Source: Eledone cirrhosa
Lineage: Eukaryota
DNA length: 64,000 bases
Assembly: GCA_964016885.1 (NCBI GenBank)
Contig: OZ024751.1
Location: 21,700,001 to 21,764,000, forward strand
Direction of reading: 5' to 3'
The notes below the pieces were generated by a model. It saw only the letters and a program-made list of their open reading frames with translations. It was not told the origin of the DNA and did no database searches. Within the stretch, counting starts at the first letter, position 1; each line of letters begins with the position of its first letter. Below, one piece after another: positions 53,444 to 64,000 of the stretch. Position numbers and translations under genes: made by a program.

Positions 53444-53479
53444 AATGATTTGAACACAACTTTGATAATTATATATATT

Positions 53480-54610
53480 TCGTTTCTGAATTTGTTTAGC
53501 AAGATTCTTTATCTGAAAACGTGTGTTGAAACCGATATTGTTATGCTTTGAGAGGGTCATGTTGCCAACAATAAACACACGCACCAGTTGCTTTCACTCC
53601 AATTTATTATAAATTAAATTTATAAATTTAAGAATTTATAAATTTCCGGTTGGTTGGTTCCACAACCGGACGGTTGTTCATATATTGTCAAAGTTCTTTC
53701 GTCACACATTCTGTGACCTCTTCAGTGACTGGGGATTCTTTTCTTTGTTTTTGTGCCTCTCCTTTGTTCTGTCCTACGCCATCTTGTTTTTGTGTGCTTA
53801 GTTTGCGCATGTGCTACATCTGGGTGTCTTTATATTTGTTTATTTGTTTATTTACATGTTACTGGTTGGTTGTTTGTTCTATGTGTGTGTGTTTTCATTT
53901 TATCCTTAATTGTAAGTTGTGATGTTGCTATTCCATTCATGTTTTCTATTTAATTTTGGTTGGAGTTCATTTATGTTTATTGCCTCTGTGATTTGTGTGT
54001 AGATTCTATTTTTATTTCTGTTTTCTAATTTACCCTTATGTTCTATTTTAGCATGTTGGTGGAGTACAGATGATTCTTTTCTATCTTGAAGCTCTCGCCA
54101 GTGTTCATTTATCCGTTCTCCTATACTACGAGCTGTCTCACCTATGTACACTATAGTCTTATCTCTACATTGTCCTTCAGTACATCTTATGCTATATACT
54201 ACATTTCTAGTTTTACAGTTAATATGGGGGCTTAGTTTACATATTATACATTTCTTATCTATACAGGGAGGTCTTTGAAAAGGGTATGTATTGCTAATAA
54301 GTGTTTTTATGGAGGTACCTGGTCTTTCTACTATCTTAATATTGAGTTTATGTTTATCTAGGGCCCTTCTAAATTTGTAAGCTAATTCACCTCTAGGGGT
54401 TGTATTGATGAACATTACACTCTGGTATTTATTACTATCATACCATGAGTTTATTCTATTAACCTTATTCCTAGTTCTTTCTATTCTATTCCAAAATTTG
54501 CTCCTATACAAGGGGCAGGTCCCATTTGTATCATTATTTACCATTTTTTCCCATTTGTATAGGAGCAAATTTGTATAGGAATTGTGGTAAGGAACCAGAT
54601 GGACCATAAC
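53480..54610 (-). mobile_element. 5'-truncated Penelope-like retroelement: C-terminal linker plus GIY-YIG endonuclease (ORF 53906-54607) and 3' pseudo-LTR region
   Basis: The ORF has C..KCIIC...CKTRNVVYSIRC...VYIGETARSIGERINEH...HQHAKIEH...EAININELQPKLNRKHEW, the PLE-type GIY-YIG with a Cys-rich linker. A hammerhead-like motif follows on the same strand. Confidence 0.88.
53687..53729 (-). ncRNA. Minimal type I hammerhead ribozyme motif downstream of the GIY-YIG ORF
   Basis: Minus strand GUCA-CUGAAGA-G-GUCACA(gaaug)UGUGAC-GAAA-GAACUU-UGAC: intact core, 6-bp stem II, 4-bp stem I, vestigial stem III. Confidence 0.7.
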
Positions 54611-54730
54611 GCACCAAAGTACTCAATACTTAGGGTAGTAGAGTGGTATATATATATATAAGTACTGTGTGTGTTTATATATTCTTTCAAAAGCTTCAGC
54701 ATTTCAATGTCACTTGTGTATTTGGCTAAT

Positions 54731-54916
54731 AAATAATTGTTTCTACTTTTGGCACAAGGCCAGCAATTACCCAGTGTATTACTGGTACTTTATTTTATCA
54801 ACCCCATGAGGATGAAAGGCAAAGTTAACCTCGGCGGGATTTGAACACAGAATGGCAAGGGTCGTAACTCTATACGTCAAAGCATGGCGTCCGACCCTCT
54901 ACCGATACTGCCAATC
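54731..54916 (-). mobile_element. Meta-like SINE copy
   Basis: Reverse complement of 5961-6150. Confidence 0.75.
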
Positions 54917-55319
54917 CAAAATACTGTCATTCTAACTTTTGTGTTTTGGAGGTGCTTATTTTTCCTTCTTTCATATTTTGTGATTTATTTTAGCTTTTCT
55001 CAGGTTAGGAAGGGCATTCAGCTGAAGAAACTATGCCAAAACAGGGACATATGTACACAAGACAAAATGTGACACCTTTTGCCAGGTGGAAATACGGATG
55101 TAATGTGGGCTTCTACATTGTTTTAATTTAAATTTGTCTCAAATGGTGATGATAAAGGCATTGGTGAACTGAGGATTATGGTAGTGATAGAGACACTTAC
55201 TCAAGGTGTCATGCAGGGGCATCAAACCCAAGACCAAATGGTTGCAAAGTGAACCATCCACGTACCCACAAAGATTTGTTTCAATCACAGCATCAAGCCC
55301 GATTGTGATCAATAATACC

Positions 55320-55536
55320 TTAACCCTTTAGCATTCACATTATTCTATATATACTATTATATTTTCATGGTAAATGCTTTATCTCACATAATTATCTCAC
55401 ATAATATCGAATCTATGAGATTTTGAAAGTATTTATTTTGAGAACAATACCTTAACATCAGTTTAGCGACTGGTTACAGCCAGTTTCAACAGAAAGAGGT
55501 AGAGAATTCTGGCCGGTTTGAACACTAAAGGGTTAA
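55320..55536. mobile_element. piggyBac-like MITE copy
   Basis: TTAA CCCTTT..AAAGGG TTAA. Confidence 0.8.
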
Positions 55537-55737
55537 GCTGATCGATTGTGAAACGTGTCAAGTATGAATAAAATATGTATAAGATGCTAAATTGACACTT
55601 CAATCCTGCCTGCTTACTATTAACACTCTGCATGTTATGGCTACCAATGACCACTTACAACACAAACACCAAATCCTACATTGGTAGCTATATCCACATA
55701 ATAGCGTTGAGAGCAACTATATATATATATATATATA

Positions 55738-56023
55738 TCATCATCATTTTACGTCAGCTTTTCCCTGCTTGCAAGGGTGGGACGGGAACTGATTCTGGCT
55801 TGATTTCTACAGCTGGATGCCCTTCCTAACACCAACCTCATTTACAGTGTGGGCTGGGTGCTTTTTTTTGCCGTGGCACCTCCACGACCACTTTGCAGTA
55901 AACTGGAGCAATGTGAAATAAAGTGTCTTGCTCAAGAAAACAACACATCACCCGGTCTGAGAATTGAACTCACAACCTTTCAATTGCAAGGCCAATGCTC
56001 TAACCACTAAGCCATGTGCCTCC
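55738..56023 (-). mobile_element. CORE-like SINE copy
   Basis: Same family, internal deletion. Confidence 0.8.
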
Positions 56024-56049
56024 ATATATATATATATATTTATTTATTT

Positions 56050-56330
56050 AGGTTTGTTGGTTCACCACTGGATAGAACTGGTCATTCCGTATGGTTAATC
56101 TCGATGTAATATTATGGAGAGTACTCAACGTAATGCAGCTCACCTGTCTTCGTTTGTGTAGTTGGTGGTGCGAGTACGGAGTTAATTATTATAATAAAAT
56201 AACAGGAGGCTGGACTTGTGTAAATCCTTGAAAGGTTTATTATACTATGAACATTTCAATGACCGGGTTCCGTATGAATCCGGTGATATCATCAGGTATT
56301 CGAAATATAACAAAGGAATATAACAGATAA
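56050..56330 (-). mobile_element. Repeat with a degenerate hammerhead motif (56243-56298); probable Penelope pseudo-LTR remnant; related copy at ~40935-41230 (+)
   Basis: Minus strand CUGAUGA-uaucACCGG..CCGGUcauu-GAAA-ugu-UC. Shares GGTTCACCACTGGATAGAACTGGT with the reverse complement of ~41200-41225. Confidence 0.5.
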
Positions 56331-56409
56331 AATCCATGGGGCTGAAATTCATAGACAAGAGGATGACCGACCATCTAGCATCTTCTACTTTAGTCAGTCG
56401 CCCTCAAGT

Positions 56410-56411
<2 letters not shown>

Positions 56412-56470
<59 letters not shown>
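56412..56470. repeat. (GA)n microsatellite
   Basis: Direct read. Confidence 0.9.
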
Positions 56471-56474
<4 letters not shown>

Positions 56475-57309
56475 CTTAAACACACACACGTATATATATA
56501 TATCATCATCATCATCATCAACGTTTAACGTCCGTGTTCCACGCTTGCATGGGTTTGGACGGGGGTAGTCCCACTTGAGGCAAGAGTGATTGTCTTGCTC
56601 GCATAGGACTGTCTGGCAGGTTTTCTACAGTTGGATGCCCTTCCTAACACCAACCACATTTACAGTGTGGGTCTGGGAGGTTTTTACCATGTTGCCTACA
56701 CGGCCACATTACAGCGTGGACTGTGTGTTTTTTTTGTCGTGACACCTACACGATCTCATATATATATATATGCATATGTGTATTTCATAAACATACATTT
56801 AGCCCCACTGGGCAAAGAACCCACATGGTTCGTTCAGCAGAGACAGAGAGAGAGAGCACTCAACAGAATGAACTGAATAACAACTTAACTAGTTTCAACT
56901 GGACATTGCCACTGCATTAGGTGTGTTTAGGCTAGGGATGCAGAAAGTGGGGAGTCATGTCTATCTGCACACTCAGACCAAATGTATGTTTCTTAAACTT
57001 ATTTACAATATTTCCACACAAACACACATGTTCTCAATACAACAGATAATATAATATAATATATATAATGCATATGTGTATATAGAGTCTGCAGTGCTGA
57101 AATTAAAGAGACCACTAATCATGGGAGTACTCAATGCATGGGGAGATGCAGAGTAGGTTGGTAAAATCCTGATTGCAGCGTCAAGTGGTTTCAGCTTGTG
57201 TATATATATATATAAATGTGGGAGGTCAGTAGCTCCACTTCAGTACTGACTTGGTCTATGTAGAGCTGTCAAACCCTTGTTAGCAACGAAAGTGGACGTA
57301 TGATGATGA

Positions 57310-57348
<39 letters not shown>

Positions 57349-57441
57349 CATCACCATTTTAGGACTATTTCTCAACACTAGCATGGGTTAGAAGGGTTAT
57401 CCTGTTCTGAGATATGGCAAGCCAAATGACCACACCTTATT

Positions 57442-58510
<1,069 letters not shown>

Positions 58511-58831
58511 ATGGCACATGGCCTTGCAATCGAAAGGTTGTGAGTTCAATTCTCAGACCGGGTGATGTGTTGTTTCCTTGAGCAAGACACTTTATTTCAC
58601 ATTGCTCCAGTTTACTCAGCTGTAGAAATGAGATGATAGGGACTGGGGTCCATATCATTCCACTGCAAAGTGGCCGTGGAGGTGCCACGGCAAAAAAGCA
58701 CCCAGCACTCACTGTAAATGAGGTTGGTGTTAGGAAGGGCATCCAGCTGTAGAAATCAAGCCAGAATCAGTTCCCGTCCCACCCTTGCAAGCAGGGAAAA
58801 GCGGACATAAAATGATGATGATGAATGATGA

Positions 58832-58865
<34 letters not shown>

Positions 58866-59587
58866 TGGTTTTGTCTGGGACCATGACAACTCATCTAACC
58901 CATGCTAGCATGAAAACAGGACATATGATGCTGATAATGGTAGCACAAGAAAATAAAGGGAAGAATGAGCAAATTCCAACAGAAGCAGCAGTCATGGTGT
59001 TGGTGGTGGGTGCCACTTCCTCTATCACTACAACCACTTCTACTCCCACAACATATACTACTACTACTACTACTACTTAATCACCATCACTTGATTCATC
59101 ATCACCACCACCACTTTTATCTGCTTACATCTAGCTAACATTCCCAGTGCTTTTGAAATATCACCACCACCACCACTGCCACCATCAACATCACCACTGG
59201 AGCCTAGCTGCTGCTGCTTTCACTCATTACCCACACTATACTTACTATTACTACTGCAACTACTATCACCATCTCACCATCAAAACACATACATTCACTC
59301 CACTCCACACCACACCAATCCTTCAAGCCAAGTCAACAATTAGTTTTCTCAATGAGGTCAGTCCACTAAGGACCAAACAACACACATGTTAGAAAGAAAC
59401 TCAATTAATGCAGTATCTAAATTGATTGATACCCGCCTAACCCATGCTAGCGTGGAAGAACAGACGTAAAACGGTGATGATGATATATATATAAATATAC
59501 ACACATATACTTTATTATGGCTAAGTGATGAATGAGTCTTGTTACTCTGGAGCATCCCCTGTGTACTGAGGATCATCTGACATGAAA

Positions 59588-59639
59588 GTCTTGTCTGATG
59601 ATCCTATGAGTATACAGGTGAAACTCCAGAGTACAAGAC
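59588..59639 (+). ncRNA. Hammerhead ribozyme-like motif inside a ~150-bp fold-back (59511-59660)
   Basis: GUCUUGU-CUGAUGA-UCCU..AGGU-GAAA-CUC(ca)GAG-UA-CAAGAC; a degenerate mirror copy lies on the minus strand in the left arm. Confidence 0.65.
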
Positions 59640-62179
59640 TCATCACTTAGCTGCAATAAAAAAAATATTTAAACCCTACTTTGGTATTGAGTACTCATTC
59701 TAACGTCCATCAACATCATCCAGATTTAGCTGAACATGGTCTTGCTAGTCTAAACTGGTAACTCCCAATCTACCATATTTCCCAGTGTCGAAGACAGTAC
59801 TTTTTTCCAAAAATAAGTCTCGAAAATCTACCATGCGTCCTGGAGGCCAAAGGTTGTTTATTATTTTTTCCAAATTTTTGGTTGTCAAAATTAGGGTGCG
59901 TCCTAATCTATCTATATATATTATCATCATCATCATCATAATAATAATAATGATTTCATAATAATATATACATATATATATCATCATTATCAACATTATT
60001 TTAAATTTATTTTTCCATGCTTGCATGGGTTGGACAGGTCTCTTCTAGCACAGCATCTCTCTACATGTGAAACTTTATCATCTCTGTGAGCTTCAATGAT
60101 TAGAGATCAGTCTTCACCATCTATGTCCAGACCTTCTTTGTTCTTCCTCTACTGCAGCTTCCTTCCACTGGGATTTCTTGGCACTTCTTCACCAAAACAT
60201 CATCATCAATGCACATCACAAGTCCATACCAGGGCAGTCTACTCAACATTTGAGTGCTTTTATACCCAGTTTTTCTCTCGGTTCATCCATGTGTGCACAT
60301 TAACACGCATCCATCCATATATATGTCACCATCTATCTTCATATCAACACCCATTTGAAACAAGCAATCACTTTCTTTCATCCTTCCTCAACACTCAACA
60401 CAATTATCTCATTACATTTATTTTCATAAGATTCATCACTGCCTCTATCCCACTCATCTAATTACTTCACCCCCACCCCAGAGGGATGACCTAGTCATCT
60501 CGTTTAATTCCTCTTCACAAAATCCATTGGCTTTCACAGTTGACATTATATAGCTGTTCAACCATTGTTAGTAATTATAAAAAAATAAACTGACTCTCAA
60601 ATGAAGTGAACTAGACAACAATACAAACCTATGAGTTGACCTGTTAGAAATAGCAACCAAATCTTCAACTTACATTCTACCATCTAAAATAAAGGACACA
60701 GTACTGTGGGTCCTGATGTACAAACATACACAATGGACCCACAACACTAACATACCTTCAAAAGTTGTTACTAACTAGACAATATATATATAATAATTTA
60801 ACCAAACCCCTCCTTGTTCTGAATCTGGCCATCTGGTTCCTCCAGCCACATGGAAACAGGCCACGATGCTCTTCCATCTTTCTGTCTGACAAGGGTTGGT
60901 GCTTGAAACCAGTTTTGTGCCATACCAGAGCAGGTAATCTTTTAGGGTGGATCTAAACCCTTTGTTCTTTTCTCACCAGCTGGCAACCATGACATTGCAG
61001 ATCATGTTAGTACATGTTAGTATATTGTCCCTCATTTGTAGGACATGCCCTGCCAGCTGCATTCTTCTACTTTTCATGACAAGACTTAGGTGTGTGACAT
61101 TGGCTCTTCCAAAACACATCTTCATTTATGATGTTGTCTTGCCATCTAATGCTCAGGATCTTTCAGGGGCATTTTGGGGGGAAAGTATCAAGCTGTTCTT
61201 CAATTCTGGCAGTACTCTTTCATATTTTAGCAACATAGGTCGCCGTTGAGATAACAATTGACCTTGTTTTCAATACAAGATTATATAAACTAGTAGATAT
61301 TAAAAGGCAATGCCCATGTCAGATTGAGTGTGGATGCATGCACATGCATGTCTACATGACCATATAAGATTTCAGACTGTCAAACTCTACAATTCATTTA
61401 TCAATTCTAAACTTATATTTTTCAAAATAAAGCATTGACTACTCTTTTCCTTCCCATTTTAGCCCAAAGGCAGAGCAAGCAAGTAAACCGGTCTAACAAT
61501 AATTAATGGGCATATTGCTTATATAATTAATTAAAAGAATTTTCTTTTTATTCAAATTATAACTTGGTTTATACTAATACTGCTTTCCATGCCTTACTTT
61601 ACCCATATTTGGAATGGAAGTTTACATATCCATTTGTGTCCTCAATATATTCTGGCAATACCCAAGATCTAATATATATAAGTGTGTGTTGCTTAAGCAT
61701 GGCATTCTTTTCTTGTGTATCTAATTAATAAATGGCTAGAAGGTGTCTGCCAAAGCAATTTCATGTCAAGCTGCTCACATTCACAAAAAAACTGTTCAAT
61801 TAATATAGGAAAGGCATGCATTTGGTTCCTCTGCCAAGAACAGAGTTGGAAACACCAGCTGAACCTTCGACCATACATGTAACCATCTTCCGAGGTCAAG
61901 GGTTAAAGTTGAGTAAATGTTTGTACAACAGCAGATGAACACTGGATAACATTTGGATTGGAATTTGTCCCCCAATCCTCACCCAATTACATACAAAAGT
62001 ATGTGATGGGTAAATGAAAAAAAAATATACAGGTTGATATCGATATTCACATAGTATCTGAGAAATTAAGTCTCATGAGGACATTCTGAGCAGTTTGCGA
62101 TGAAGATTGAAGCTACCAGTTTCTTTGTTACTTTAAAATTTACCACAATTTATTTACCTCTCCTTCCTAACATCAGCTT

Positions 62180-62450
62180 TTGCCATGACAAAAAGAACCT
62201 AATCCACACTGTAAAGTGGTCATTTTGATGCTATGACAAAAGTGCACAGTCCACTGTAAAGTGGTCATTTTGATGCTATAACAAAAGTGCACAGTCCACT
62301 GTAAAGTGGTCATTTTGATGCTATGACAAAAAGTGCACAGTCCACTGTAAAGTGGTCGTTTTGGTGCCATGACAAAAAGCGCCCAGTCCACCCTGTAATG
62401 TGGTTATTTTGGTGCCACAATAAAAAGCACTCAGTTCACACTGTAAATAA
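62180..62450. repeat. ~45-bp minisatellite derived from a SINE/LINE tail module
   Basis: Unit atgacaaaagtgcacagtccactgtaaagtggtcattttgatgct; similar arrays at 32760-33005, 33790-33990 and 9990-10215 (reverse). Confidence 0.8.
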
Positions 62451-64000
62451 AGTTGGAATTAGGAAGGGCATCCTGTTGTAGAAACCAACCCCAAAACAAT
62501 TCTGTACGAACAAGAGACAGTCATCTAACCTGGCTAGTGTGGAAAATGTACATTAAACAGTGATGATGATGATAACAGTTACATACTTATGGTGTTTAGT
62601 TATATACAGATATAGGTGGTCAGTTTAGCAGTGTCATTAGAGTGTTAGATATTTGTTTCAGTTCTCTACACTGACTTTAAATCTTTTATGGGGTCACTAA
62701 ACAAAGCCCCAGCCCAGTGCTGGTGTAGCCATCTTTCCTTCCAGTTGTCACATCCTGGGTGTTCCTCTAGATGCAGGTACTGAGAGGAGAGAGAGAGTGT
62801 GTGTGTGTATGTGTGTCGATGTCTGTTCACAATTGCATGGACACCTAAGATCCTTATTAAAATCATGGTACAGTCACCCTACTGAGCCATACTTAGTAAC
62901 AAATGATGGTTTAAATACAGCAAAGCATTTCAGCTGATGCTGTAATGATTCTGCTATCATCATCATTTGTCAATTTACCACGCTTGCATGTGTTAGATAT
63001 GTCACATTGTGAGACATGTGGGGCCAGGAGATGTCTTGCTTATCATACATATATAATTGTTTCTACTAGGCACAAGGATCAACCATAATAATATGCTGCA
63101 TGTGTTTGTATATTTATACTTATATCTCCATCTCTAACTATTTAAAATTTACATACACACACATACAAAATACCTTTCCAATCTCAGTCATGTTGCTACA
63201 ATAAAAAGTTCGATTTCCAATCACAAGGTCCTGGGTTCTAACCCCGTATTTGTCCCTGTAAATTGTTATTTATCCAAAATTACTAGGGTTTCTCTTATGC
63301 AAACCATTAATTTATCAAAACCTAAATTTCCCAATTTGTATGATTGTCCATATATCCAGTAATCCTATGATACATGGCATATCAATCCTGGACTCTAAAA
63401 TTTAAATACATTTGTCACCTGAAATGTCATAAACCGAAACTATTTTTCCCATATGAAATGTTGAGAGAGAAATACAGTGCAAGAGAGACTTTATGTAAAA
63501 GACAGATAGATATCACCATAGTAACTAACTACACAGCAAGTGATGCTTTCCTGCTGACACTCCAAACTTGTTGCCGGCTTGCGTGTTCGTTACTCAAGAT
63601 ACCATTCATGAACCAAGAAGTTTTATGTTCAGAAAAATTGTTCATCAACTGATTTGTTTGTGAACTGAGGTTCCGCTGATTATTCAGCCTTATTGCTGTT
63701 ATTGTTGACAGCAGTGGTCAACTAGAATCTAAATATATCACCATACCATGTTCCAAACACTTCACTTGAAAATATGTCCACAAACACATGCTCTCTAATA
63801 GAATGCTAACACCATTCTAACAAGAACTCTTCTGAACTAATTAGTTCCTGTCTTTGACAAGTTGCAACTAAACTCATTATATAACTATAATACAAAAGAA
63901 GTTCAATCTGCTAGAAATAGCAATCATATCTACCTCAAATCACATCCTATCATTTTAACACCTTTTTGTGACTATTTGCTATGTGAATCAGCTTTCAAAC

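Larger units (their letters stand above)
52611..53470. repeat. Long inverted repeat (arms ~52611-53046 and ~53058-53470, 11-nt spacer)
   Basis: The arms are reverse complements apart from a few substitutions and small indels. The mirror ORFs 52719-52913(-) and 53039-53362(+) give near-identical peptides. Confidence 0.95.

Noticed and set aside
61693-61899. Non-repetitive ORF on the minus strand, and ORF 63374-63652 on +
   Set aside because: No recognisable homology or convincing splice-consistent structure

Overview
AT-rich, microsatellite- and SINE-dense animal genomic DNA. The repeat landscape suggests an octopus or other coleoid cephalopod (inference). Three spliced genes were reconstructed by hand, with GT-AG introns and consistent phases: the last two coding exons of ANAPC11 (+, 222-2410), a complete 8-exon LRRC61-like gene (-, 4624-18897, 247 aa) and 26 exons of transportin-3/TNPO3 (-, 23300-46124, 888 aa; exon 1 not found and probably beyond the window end). 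Introns are filled with tRNA-derived SINEs (CORE-like and Meta-like), RTE, CR1-like and CRE LINE fragments, TTAA (piggyBac-like) MITEs, a 57-bp Tc1/mariner-type MITE and a Penelope-like GIY-YIG fragment. The most unusual signal is a set of minimal hammerhead-ribozyme motifs, several in mirror-image (palindromic) arrangements, within TNPO3 introns. One is an ~860-bp fold-back with a hammerhead in each arm. Most short ORFs in the supplied track are microsatellite or repeat artefacts.
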